This document shows positions 35,900-49,149 of a stretch of DNA of 64,000 nt, one piece after another. The stretch covers positions 146,258,001 to 146,322,000 of the forward strand of contig NC_043000.1 of the NCBI RefSeq assembly GCF_006345805.1, given 5' to 3'. This DNA comes from Octopus sinensis (Eukaryota). Numbering within the stretch: position 1 is the first letter of the stretch; each line of letters opens with the position of its first letter. The notes beneath the pieces were generated by a model, which had not been told where the DNA came from, searched no databases, and saw only the letters and a list, made by a program, of their open reading frames with translations. Made by a program: the position numbers and the translations under genes.

Positions 35900-37900
35900 A
35901 AACAACAATGACTCTAGAATTTTATAATACCTAACAGATGCAATGATAATGTAGGCGGTCTATTGCTCTAATCTCCACCTGCAGCTAATTTTGAGATCCA
36001 GCTACTTTAGAAATTGAAGCTGAGTTATTATTCCTTGTAGTATGTTGTATGACCCTATGCATAGAAATCGCATCTCCAATGTAATTCAGGTGGATTTACA
36101 TCCCCCAGATTTCATGATACTCATGTTCGTGTTACATTCTCTCTTTTGCGAGATGTAGTCATCAAATTTAATGTATCAAGTTTATTATCCATTTCACTGG
36201 TTGTCGTGGTCTTTTCTGTAGACTCTTAAACTTTTTATCTGGCACAGCCAGACGAATTATATCACTGAAATAATAATAAATAAATAAATGCGCCCTTTTA
36301 AAGCCTAGCCAGGCTCATGGGCCCGGTTTCCCGGTTTCAATGGCTTGTCCCCCAGGTGGACGGGACGCCAGTCCGTCGCAGCGTTACTCATTTTTGCCAG
36401 CTGAGTGGACTGGAGCAATGTGAAATTAATTGTTTTGCTCAAAAACACAACGCGTCGCCCGGTCCAGGAATCGAAACCACAATCTTACGATCATGATCCT
36501 GACACCCTAACCACTAAGCCATGTGCCTCCACATTACTGAAATAGTATAAATATATACATGCGTAACTGTTATCAATTATATCATTTACCTTTCCTTAAA
36601 ATAAAATATACTTTCTGAAGTTAAAAATTCTTATATCTCTCTAAACGAAATCTAAATCTAGTTTTCCTGGTTACATCTTTCATGAGGTCTTCATCATTGT
36701 TATATTTGTTTTATAGGCCTATTGTATTCTAAGTCAGTATGGTGACTCAAGAGCTAGCATAGCGGATATTTTAAGCCATCAAAATGTATGAATCTATAGT
36801 ATAGATCACTTTTGAAACGGGAGATAATTTCGAGATCGATTTAACATACATTATTTATTGTTAGAGCTCGCCTCAAATGAACTCACCTGCTCTTAAGTGA
36901 TCTATATTTCCACTTAAAACTTGAATCTGACTGGTTGTGTATCATTCTTATCACAACATTAGAAGTTAACTATGATAAAAGTCAACTGTTTGGCTGAGCT
37001 GCAAGTTCGTCTTAGATGCTTTACTGTCTGCAAAAGGCTGTTACTGCGAGGTGATGATCATTGCCTAAATGTTCATATCGATCTTTCAGATATTATAAAA
37101 TCTGATAGTTGATCAATATCACCTGATTACTTATTTGTATTTGTATATGAGGCTCTATCGATATATCATGGAATATGCCTACCATCGTCATTAGTACAAA
37201 GAGAGCTTTCAACGGTTCAATACAATATAGTATAGTGATTGTAAGACTTCCTACATTATTCCCAAAATTGGCAAAATATTGTCTCGCTCGTCGCTGACAC
37301 GATTTCTAGTTTTCATAATTCCCTACACATAATTAGCTTTTGATTAGTAGTAGGCATATCTGAATTATTTCAAACATACAGACACAATCATATACACACT
37401 GCTATACATATTGTTTGATCTTGAATCCATTTTCCTTTGCTTCCTTAATACTATTTCTAATTACCATATTCCATTGAGCGAAATTCTTATATACTTTAGT
37501 ATCGCTTCCTTTGGTCTATAATTTTCTCGTTTCATCAGAGAAGTCTAAGATCTCTGTCGTTATCCAACTTTTTATTTCATTGAGTTTGTTTACCAAGAAT
37601 TTCAACGGTCGGTTCTGTTACTGCCGCCTTGAATATGGTAATCATTGTCTCGTTGTTGTGTCATTAATGTCTATGTAGATTATAGGAAGCTAGCTTTTGC
37701 ACTGGTTCTGAAAGCTACCACAAGTCACAGTATGAAGCTCGATGAAAATATTTGTTTTTATTTTTACAAAGCCATGTTGTGTAGTCATCAGCAGAAAAAC
37801 CTGGTAGTGATTCTTTCTGCGTATATAATGAATTTCACAATATACTTTCTAGTTTGTCCCCGTCATATCCAACATCTTTAATGCATTTCTATAACCCTGT
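35900..37900 (-). mobile_element. Highly decayed non-LTR retrotransposon remnants (tentative)
   Basis: Only faint motifs such as LDLKISCRWRL and KEAKENGFKIKQ; many stops. Confidence 0.25.
36270..36530 (-). mobile_element. SINE family D
   Basis: Head ggaggcacatggcttagtggttagggtgtcagg..gtttcgattcctgg; tail gggcgcatttatttattt. Confidence 0.88.
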
Positions 37901-39589
37901 GTCTTTCACTCTGCCGAAGCAGCATACATAGCAAGCTAGTAATCTGGAGAATAAATTTAACTATACAAATTAAGTACATTACTCATTTTACATTTCTCGC
38001 ATACGAACTCAGATATTAATAAAATCATTTCCACATTCAAGGAGCAAACAATTATTATTATACTGGTTTTTAGCAGGTCTTCACCACTGATTTTCAAGGA
38101 ATATAATGACCCATTTCCCTATCGACAAAGTGTATGAAACATAATATTTTATTTCATTTTCTTTTAGTTTTGATTTCTCTATGTCCAACCTAGTATATTA
38201 TGAAGTTTTTTAGATAATCAGAGACCTGAATAGCTGAATAAAAGTTGATATATTGCTTTAAATATGTTGTGTGAAAAAAAGTCAATAATGGGATTTGAAC
38301 ATGTACGACTCTTCCCGTAATTCTCGCTATATATTTGTTTATATTATACGGTAACAATATATTTCATCGTCTTTGTATAACTGCGTCACTTGTTATAATT
38401 TGGGGTTTTCTCTGTCATTTTGACTTCCGTGGAAAACAGAAATATCATGTGATTAAATTACTGAGCACGCGTTATAGGATCATTGATTAACACTTTTGTT
38501 GGATATGCACACGTTTATACATTTGGAGTAGTAAGTGAAGGGGCTTGTGCCGTACATGCATTTTTTCAAACCCATTGTCAACATAAGTTAACGTTAATGG
38601 TAATATCTTCAAACGAGTGCTGAGACCCAATGACGGGAAACCTATCCATTGCTCGATGCTTATTTCTACATGTCTGATTTATTGTTTACATGGCTTGTAT
38701 GCCTGCGCTGTCAGACATCTGAGATATGTATTTCATATATTATTAATTGAACATATATGCTTCATGCATTATCGATCACACAAATCTCTATCGTATTCCG
38801 CTATTATTAAAAAGCAAGCATACTATTATATATACATAGATGAGTATCTATCTATATTTTTCTCTTTCTCTCTCTCTACAGACACACATATATATATATA
38901 CCTATTCTTACGTGTATCAGTTAGATAATATATCTAATCCTATCAATTATATAATATATCTAATCTACTAATCATCTGAGTAGCAGCATATCATGCTATA
39001 TGAATGACACAAGTGACTCTTTTATAGTCCGAACACTTAATCATTGTTGACTTATATTGAAAATTAACAGCAACCATAGTAATTCTCGGATAAGGTAAAT
39101 ACCAGCCTCGGACGTTATTATGAATATTTAATATCCATTATACGCGACAATTATAATAAAAGGAATTGTTATCGCTTATAGCCTAAATGTTATGAACTAG
39201 ACTTTTATGTTTAAACACATATATCAAGGGTCTGTACGGTATTTGAGATCAATGCAGGTGATAGAGGAAGCTCACATGATAATAAACATTTGGTGCAAAT
39301 ACAAGGACCATAAATGTGAAACAGGAATTAGATACGTCAGCAAAAATATTTCTTTTATTTGAAAATGAATCTGCAACTCATGACTGTGCAGGAGTGTCCA
39401 CATCATTTCATTTGTTAATTACACAATAACGCTTATATACGTATGAACGCCCGCGTCTCTGTGTACGTGTATTGTGAAAAACAAATTTCATGAAATTAAC
39501 AAGCAGTTTTTACAAAGTCTGCAGTGTTATACGCATTACATACGTGTGTGGGCGTGCGTGTGTGTGCGCGTGCATGCGTATGTGTGTCT

Positions 39590-39720
39590 ATGTATGTATG
39601 TATGTATGTATGTATGTACGTATGTATGTATGTATGTATGTATGTATGTATGTATGTATGTATGTATGTATGTATGTATGTACTACGTACGTATGTATGT
39701 ATGTCTATACGTTCATACAT
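39590..39720. repeat. (TATG)n microsatellite
   Basis: Direct reading. Confidence 0.95.
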
Positions 39721-41081
39721 ATATAAGCGTTATTGTGTAATTAACAATAAATGTGTAGTTTTTTTTCTTAAGGATTAAGGCTGTACCATGCGCGGGGACA
39801 TAGAAATAATGGGACTGAATAAAACATAAAACATAGCGACCAATCGACAGATATAATGAATGTCATCCCTAATAACTCGTCCTTAAATAACGCGGACAAC
39901 CTTATAAATAATAACCCCTCTCAACACAACATACCCACAGATAAGCTTAGTATTTTATGTGGTTAATTCTCCAATATTTGTAAAACTAAAAACGTAATCT
40001 ACAAATGAGATGTATTCGCAAATAACTACAAGTAATCTTATACAATAGCAACTAAAAACGAATTGATACTTAGATATAATTTTCGCCGATCTAGTTTCAG
40101 AAAAAGAAGTAAAGTGAACTCTACCGGAGTTATTAGTTGCATTTGAGAATAAAAAAACAAAATATTAACTATAGCTTGAATGGCGGATCCTAGTCAAAAC
40201 TTATTCATAAACGAGAAATTCTTTATTTTAATGGCTAAATCACCTCTATTTAATGAAAGACACGACAAAAAACGTTTTGTTTTCATAAACGCCGATTCGT
40301 ATTCTCAAAATGTCGTTAAAGCCTATTTATCCTTTAATTATCGCTAACCCCCATTTTAGAGGTTATTAGCGAACCTACTTAACCTTTTATTACCTCCCCT
40401 TAACTTTCCCACGTACCAATTAGCACTACTCAACTTCACTCCACATTTATAAACTAATTACTGAACTTTATACTTATTTTACATACTACGCTAGGGCACT
40501 GTTATCTATAATTTAATTTCATTTAATAGCTACACTACCAACTCATTTTACATGCTATAATTTTCCTATCGGTCTTATTGTTTTTCTATGCACTATTCAA
40601 CCCTTTCTGTTGTTCTTTTACTTAGCCCACTATACACACAATATCGTACATATTCTAAATAATAACTTAAGCCCTATACTACGGCTTCCAACGAAACTAC
40701 AGGAACTAACTCACAAGCTAAAAATTAGTGTCACGTAGGTCCAAATGACTCCACCGGTTACCCCCAATAGCGATAACTCCCTCCGATTACACCTGTAAAC
40801 ATACTCACATCTTAATTACAGCTGTAAACATACTCTCATACTCTCGTCTTAATTAAATAATGACTTTATAGCACCAATGATCCAATTCTCACTGTTATTT
40901 ATTGCTCCATTTTTTATCGCCTTTATATTAAACCACATTTTTACCTTTTAAATTACCTATTATCGTATACCTTATAACAAGGACCATACATACAGAGGTA
41001 ATACAAGAAGTGTCTATGGATACTTCTATCCCATAAATGGTTACATTGCCTCTAACTTATATCTTGCACTATATATAGATG

Positions 41082-41082
<1 letters not shown>

Positions 41083-41144
<62 letters not shown>

Positions 41145-41180
41145 GCTTACATACATACACACATACATACATACATACAT

Positions 41181-41233
<53 letters not shown>
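41083..41233. repeat. (GATA)n-(CATA)n-(CA)n-(TA)n compound microsatellite
   Basis: Direct reading. Confidence 0.95.
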
Positions 41234-41234
<1 letters not shown>

Positions 41235-41391
41235 TTTAATTAAAGCAGCAGAAAATTCAACAAAACCTGTTACTCTGAGTTTCACGCTCCCGTTTGTCGG
41301 ACAGTTTTTTCTAGCAAAAACTGTCCGACGAACGGGAGCGTGAAACTCAGAGTAACAGGTTTTGTTGAATTTTCTGTTGCTTTAAATAAAG
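41234..41391. repeat. Near-perfect ~158-bp palindrome with a hammerhead-like motif on each strand
   Basis: Arms ctttaattaaagcagcagaaaattc...ggacagttttt and aaaaactgtcc...gctttaaataaag around loop tctagc; plus-strand motif ctgt CCGACGA acg ggag cgt GAAAC tcaga GTA acag. Confidence 0.9.
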
Positions 41392-41461
41392 CATATTACT
41401 CTGCTACTGGTATTTGAGTACTCTTTTTTCCACCTTGTTTCACATTTTGTGTTTACTCCGG

Positions 41462-41518
<57 letters not shown>

Positions 41519-42289
41519 CATACATACATGCATGCATGCATACATACATACATACATACATACATACATACATACATACATACATACATACATACACACA
41601 CAAGCTAACGCTTGAGCACACATTATATACGTAATATATATGTGTACGTATATGTCGTACAGATTTCTGAAAATGATACACATTAGAAAGAAAGTCTATT
41701 GATGTTTGTTAATTGTTTGAGGGCCCAGAGTAGACATACTAATTAATTCAATTGTTATGTAGACAGGTTTCAATAATATTGATTTTTTTTTCTTAAAACC
41801 CACATAAGAGTTTTGCTTTCTCAACAAAACTATTAGTAGCCTGCATACAAATAGGTGTATTGCACCCATTAATATTTCCATATTTAGCTCTTCATCTATA
41901 CTGTGTTGTTTCAATAACTGTCGACTTATAACACAATACACACAGACATATATATATACACACACACACATTCAAGCGATCACACATACACACGCTCATA
42001 CACGCATATAGACACACACAGGCATGTTCTATATATGTGTGTAATAAGATGTATTTCTGTATCAGGCAGCATTAATTAAAATTTCTGCATACATATATGT
42101 TTTATTTATATAACTTTTAATCAACCCACTACATTCATATTTTTCACACTCTACCTACACACAGTTCAACCTTCCCTAGTAACAGGGTAGCCGCTAACCC
42201 TCTAATCCATTCTACAAATGTGTCCGATTGTTGTATGTGTAAGGTATATATACCACTTAATGTTCTGATATCTATCTAACTATCTATCT

Positions 42290-42545
<256 letters not shown>

Positions 42546-42839
42546 GTAAAGATATATGCATACATACATATACATGTATATCCTACAAATATTTCAAACA
42601 CGTATGTATGCAACTGTATGGCTATATGTCTGTATGTAAATTCATGTATATATATATGTGTGTGTATAGGCATATATACATGTATGTGTGTCGATGTATG
42701 TATGTATCTATGTCTGTAGGGATGGACGGATGCATGTATTAATGAATGGCTGTGAAGAAGGACGCATGATAGATCGTCCTTGCCTCCAGTATTTTCTACC
42801 GGTAGCCAGGGATAGGTGAAAACGTATGTTGCGATGGTA

Positions 42840-44235
42840 AATGTTACAAGGAACGTGTTACCAAGGAATAAAACAGACAGAGCCGAAAATACAAACCTCA
42901 GAATGCTCCGCATATTGTAAACCGGAGGTTCCCAGTGTATTTTTCGGACAAGTGCCCTTTCAGACATTTGGATTTCTTGATTAGACAGTTGAAGATATCC
43001 GAGATATTAATGAGAAAACCCGAAATATATTAGGAAGCATAAGTAATGTTCACATTAACTGTGATATAGATTACCTTCCTCTGAAAGGAAAATAAAGGGG
43101 ACGATGCTTAACATCGATTCACACAGATTTGGGATGTCACATCATATCCCTTCTGTCGCATATTTTAACCATAAAGTTCTAAAGTGCATCCATCGATCAA
43201 GACTGAATACACGAGGCAGATACCATAATGCGACTTCAAAAGCACTTCTTTGAAATCGAGAAATATGTGATCCTTTCAAAAAGTATCAGACTTTACTTTT
43301 ACCTCGCCAAAACTATTGCCGCCTGAGTAAAATCCGGGATCTGTGGTGGCTTACCAGCGCAAAAGTTTTTCAGAGGTGTGCAGGAAGATTGGCATTACCT
43401 CCGCTTCAAATGGATTTTGCCAACACGGCATTAGTTTTGGCGGAAAATGTTAAAGTCGGAAACATATTAAATGCACAGTGTATTCACTGTCTGATAATCT
43501 CGTATGCACGCCCAAAGAGACCTCGCGACTTTCTTGTACAAATCACAGGAAAGGAAGATCACATCAGCAATACGCCATGTACGAGATACCTTAGTAGAAC
43601 GTTCCATGGTGATAGTAACTATTGATAATTGTAAACCAACAACCAGACAGCTGACACTCGCTTTGAATGGTATGTAGTTGCTATCGAAGAACAGGAAATA
43701 ACTATAGAATTCATGATGCACAAAAGTGAGAAAGAAGCAGGAAAATGCCGAAATGTGATAGCCTATGGAGATTTTGTAGAGTTAACAGCAAAATTATTAC
43801 TCATATTATAAAAAGCTGTCTGTAAATGTCATCATAATATTTTCTACCAATGAGACAGAGATAAACCTGAGACCAAAGATCTAAGAATCTTCAATGTAGT
43901 TTAGTCCATAACCACTCATGTGGTGATATGTCCCCGAGAAATCCCAATGATATGAAAAAAACTATTAAGTCAAACACGGTGATTTTGGCCAGAGAAGAGA
44001 AACTATGATCAGTGAAAAAGAAACACCTACTTTGGACTAATGAAAAACTTACAAATACTTCCCATGAACAACGAGTTTAGATGTATACCTGTAATTACTG
44101 GGACAGGTGGATATATGAACAACTGTGTCAACACCAATCTTGAGAAATTAGTATTCTCCAAATCAGAAAGGAGACTACTGATACAAACCATCAATGGAGT
44201 TGTCACAGTATTTAAGACTTACGAATTTTTTAGTA
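42840..44235 (+). mobile_element. R4-clade non-LTR retrotransposon 3' half, decayed
   Basis: CYKERVTKE; EKTRNILGSISNVHINCDID; C-terminal IPVITGTGGYMNNCVNTNLEKLVFSKSE parallels the end of the 49-52 kb element. Confidence 0.72.
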
Positions 44236-45499
44236 TATAAATACATATGTATTTTTCAAGACATACCACTCCGTTTTTGAATACACATAAATAAAAATAA
44301 CATCCGGATCTGCACACGTACTGATGCAAAATACGTGGACGTATACACATACAAACATGCACAATTACTCTCCTGATGTTTAGATTCCAATGAAAGATCC
44401 TTGGTTCAAGGTTTGCAACCGACCTTTTCTTGGCTAAAAATCTAGAAATATAATTAAATAGTCCACACAGCTACACGTATTACACATTGAACATGTTAAT
44501 CTAATTCGCTGACTACTAGTTATGCTACTCTACATTTTGTTAACATTTTTCGTGTAGGATTTGAGTATAGCTTCTTTAAGTATATTGGAGTTATTTAATA
44601 ACATATTTGATGACAATCCACGTGTTTACTGTTTCTTCTCCGTGAAAGGACTGTGATACTGTGTGATCGAAATATACGTTGACATGTGAGTTAGTTTGGG
44701 TAATATTTTCTGTATGCTCAATGAACTAGAAACAACATTAAAGACCGTTATAACATTGATAACGTGATGGAAGGCAACCAAGGTGTAGCTGAAATGATAT
44801 AAATATCTATTCATATATAAGAAACACAAACTAGATAAGCTGTCACTACACTGCACTATCAAGAATCACGAGTTGCTAAACTACGTGGATAGCGCACACA
44901 ACACATTCTCGAAGAATGAAATATATTTCTTAGATCTCTATGTCTGAAATTAAATTTCAGTCCCAGGATTTCAATAGGAAAAGGAAATAGTTACCACAAC
45001 GATGGTTTATCCCTGTTAAATAAAAAAAATCTTAGACAATGACAAGAATTGAAAAATATATTTGGATGAATATCATACATAAAATATTTTATGAATTGCC
45101 ATCCATTGGAAGAATTCATTTGAAAACTATAAAGTGCCTATTCACAACGTTCTTTTAATCACATGGACGTAATTCAACTTTGATAACTGTGACGTACAAG
45201 TGAATTATATACACCTTTTAGTAGGACACCAGACAAATGATCTGGTAGCTTTGTACATCTACATGGTAAGATAAAACATTTTACAAAATAAAATCATCAC
45301 TAGCGAAAAATATCCAAATATCAGATTTTGATTTAAACTCCCGTTAAATTGTATTATACTTAAAGCTCTATGGTAAATTAAAATAGAGAGTGTGGTAAGA
45401 ATTTCACTTAAATAATTTAGGAACAACAAAATTGCAGCAGGCTTGAAGTTTCTGGGGAAGGGGTTAATCGATGGCACTGCTTTAGAGGTATTTCTCTCC

Positions 45500-45625
45500 C
45501 CGACCACAGAAGGGATGAAAAAAAACAACGAAAAACAACCACAACGGAATTTGAACTCACTCCCGTAAAGCCAGAAACAATGCCAATCAATTTTTCCGGC
45601 GCGTTCATGATTCTGCCAGATCACG
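45500..45625 (-). mobile_element. SINE family A, degenerate
   Basis: cgaccacagaagggatgaaa...cggaatttgaactca...ctgccagatcac. Confidence 0.55.
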
Positions 45626-46395
45626 GTCTTTGGATAGCTTACATATAAGAGACCAAAGAGTTGCCTTCTTGTCCCATTTTGTATTTTTTTCATATATATA
45701 CATAATCGCGCTGGTGATACACTCCAACACCGTGCGCTACTCAAAGTTTCCTGCCTTTACGAGTATTTCCGGGTTACAATATATACTTGTGTTCTTCAAA
45801 AACATGACAACTTGTGTAGCAGCGACTGAAGAGTTTTGCTGCCACCCATTCATTATTACCACCGACTAATCCTGGGAGAGACGGGTTCGTCGGGTAGAAT
45901 TATCGAGTACGTCAACCATGGAGTCCTGTCAAAAGCAACCGTCATTAGATTTTTCCAGCGGAATTGACAAGCGTGACCATTTGACACTTTGGATATTATC
46001 TAATGATCTCATTCTTGATCCACCCCTAGGTCCCCAACAGGTTTTCATGGCTTGACAAATTCTGTTTACGATTCTTTCTAGTGAGATTCTGTCCTTAATA
46101 CCGTAATTGTGACCTTTTAATGCGGGTAAGTAGCAGTTTGTCGTAAATATTAATATATGACCATGTGTGTGTGTGCTTGCGCGCACATGTGTGCATATGT
46201 GCTTGAGTGTGTGTGCGTGTGCGCGTGTGCATGCGTGCGTGTGTGTGTGTGTGCGTGCATGCGCGTGTGTCTGTGTGTATATGTGTAAGTGCACGCGTGC
46301 GAGAGCGTGTCTTTGAGTGTGGTCTTTGTATTCTTAATATGAAATACGGTTCTAAAACAAATTCTATTGCAAAAATACACTCACACATAAGCACC

Positions 46396-46468
<73 letters not shown>
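46396..46468. repeat. (CA)n microsatellite
   Basis: Direct reading. Confidence 0.95.
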
Positions 46469-46470
<2 letters not shown>

Positions 46471-47259
46471 TCACCATCACTATCTTAGAGCAGAAAGCGA
46501 AGACGAAGAAATTAAGGAGAGCCTCATTTCTTCAATTATGTCACAGTCTCTGATGATAGAACTTAGACAACGTAATTAATTAATTTATTATTTTCCTAAC
46601 TAATTTAATCAATTAATTGAAATAAAATTGAATTAAATGCAACCAATGCGTGGGATTTCTTTGGCAGCACATCCCCAGCCTCCAGAGCTACATTATGTGT
46701 ATATGTATGCACATTCCCGTGTGTACGTGAAGCATATGTATGCCTACCTGTCTGTCTGTGCCTCTGTGTGTGTGTGATGGTGTGCGTGTGTGTGCATGTG
46801 TGTGTTCAGGGTCATTCGCTGGACCCTTTAGCATTAAACCTAACAAGCTATGAATTGATATCCTCTTAGAGAAATTGCGCATCGTAAAGCAGTGTTTGTC
46901 TTCCCATCTCTAAATCTCTCTCTCACACTTTGCATGCCTCCTTACTACGACCTTATAACAGATACCGACTGCATTCACTGACTCTCTACCGACCGCCCAG
47001 GAGAGCTAATGTACTGCGATTTCATCCAAAGTGTTCTCCCTACGGACCACTTGACGATTTGGAGTTAGACATGTGTAGACTGGGATAAAGTTATATTGTA
47101 ATACTTTTAGATCAATGCATCTTCCCTCACCATGTGATGACATTATATGAATAAACGAAAATCACACACACCAACAAATACATGTGTATACGTCTGTCAG
47201 TATTCATGCAACGATACATATACATAGCTAAATAGACAGACAAACAGACAGATAGACAC

Positions 47260-47319
47260 TCGTAGATAGATAGATAGATATAGATAGATAGATAGACAGA
47301 TCATATTCGTAAGTTTCTT

Positions 47320-47386
<67 letters not shown>

Positions 47387-47457
47387 CTTATATATATATA
47401 TATATAATATATATATATATATACAGATATATATATATATATAATATATATATACAG

Positions 47458-47529
<72 letters not shown>

Positions 47530-47530
47530 C
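47260..47530. repeat. (GATA)n-(CT)n-(TA)n compound microsatellite
   Basis: Direct reading. Confidence 0.95.
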
Positions 47531-48399
47531 ATTGTGTTTGTGCGATTTGATCGTATATATTACACGCTTAGAGAACATTTCCAAATAATATACACTAGTG
47601 TGTACATTTACATTTGAGAGAGAGAGACAGAGAGAGAGGGAATAACATTATATTATATCTGAAGTCACAAACTAGCCACTTTTCTGAAGACGTCCATATA
47701 AATTGGCCATTTGCAGTAAATGTTGGCGTGTGTTTGTTGATGGTGCATGGTTGCGTGCGCACCTAAGTATACCGGTAGCCAACCATACGAAATCAATAAG
47801 CTATGGCGGATATCGTATTCTCCAAATAATATTGAAACCTAAATTGCTATAATTTCAATTTAATATCTCGTAACGTTCAAGAAAAGTGATATGCCCCTGA
47901 TGGTTATTGATTTGAAACTATTTTTTGAATGTCAATATTAGATGGTATCATATGTTCGTGAGATAACGTATATGAATTATAATTTGTATGCATACAAGAT
48001 TACATTTTTCTGCTTTTTTTTTGTTTGTTTCTGCCAATAAATTAATTAACTTCTTGTTTGTTAGAGTTAGTCAATTTCCATATCGTATAACCATTAGTCA
48101 TTAATAACAAACAAAAATATCGTCGTGGTGCGTGTATTGTTCTGCTATTTTGGTATTAGTGGCATTCGTACTGATAATGTTGCTTGTGAATCTTCGGCTT
48201 CTTGTGATTATGGTAATGAATATGATGCAAATGATGAGGATAGTCTCATGAAGAAAATTATATATGCTGATTATTATCACATAATTAAGGCTATTACTGT
48301 TATTACAGGTACTAGGTTTCCACAATGCTTAATTTCTCGGAATGATGGTGTAATGCTATAGGAGGATTGGAAGGAAGGCAATCATCGAGGTGCTGGAGT

Positions 48400-48760
48400 A
48401 GTGGTGGAATTGGTGGTGGTGATGGTGGCGGCGGCGTTCGCGGCGGCGGTGGTGGCGGTGGTGGTGGTGGTGGTGGTGGCTGTGGTGTTGGTGGCCTCGG
48501 CGGCGGCAAGTGTGGTGGTTTTAACCATGGTAAAGAAGGCGTTTGTTACAGAGAGTGAGTATCGGTTTTAATGATGCCGGTATTGGTGGTGGCGCTTTCG
48601 TGAAGTCCATGCATACAAAGTGCGGTCATTATAATGAAATGTGTGTGCTTCTTAATGATGATGAGGAGGAGGAGGAGGGGGAGGGGGAGGAGGAGGAAGA
48701 TCAGGAGCAGGAGGAGCAAGAGGATGAGGAGCAGGAGGATAAGAGGATTAGGAGTAGGTA
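48400..48760. repeat. (GGT/GGC)n and (GAG)n low-complexity tracts
   Basis: Direct reading; no splice or ORF support for coding. Confidence 0.85.
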
Positions 48761-49149
48761 GTCGATGAGGATAAATTTGTCGATAATAGCAACGATGATA
48801 AAATGCTCTTGATATTTGAGATTCTCTTCTTTATTTTATCGTTTAGTTGTTGTGGAGGGAAGGTAGAGCCACCCTTTAATGAGACAGATGAAAGAAAGGA
48901 AGGTATCCTCAAATCAAGAACCTGTCCAGAGTATTTGTTAAAGAATGTATTTAGTAAAATTACACAGGAGATGGTATTGTCAAACTAGGTAACTTTATAT
49001 CAACCATGCAAATAATCCACAGCGGAATTCAAACTCAGAAATAACGAACAACCATACCGCCCGAGGATGTTGCAATTATGTATGTATGTATGCATGTATG
49101 TATGCATGTATGTATGCATGTATGTATGTATTTATGTATGTATGTATTT

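Noticed and set aside
40290-40990. G-poor, strand-asymmetric stretch considered as a mitochondrial insertion (NUMT)
   Set aside because: No recognisable mitochondrial rRNA, tRNA or protein motif; more likely a retroelement UTR
48367-48761. Gly-rich and Glu-rich ORFs suggesting a structural protein exon
   Set aside because: Explained by GGT and GAG simple repeats; stops between tracts and no splice evidence
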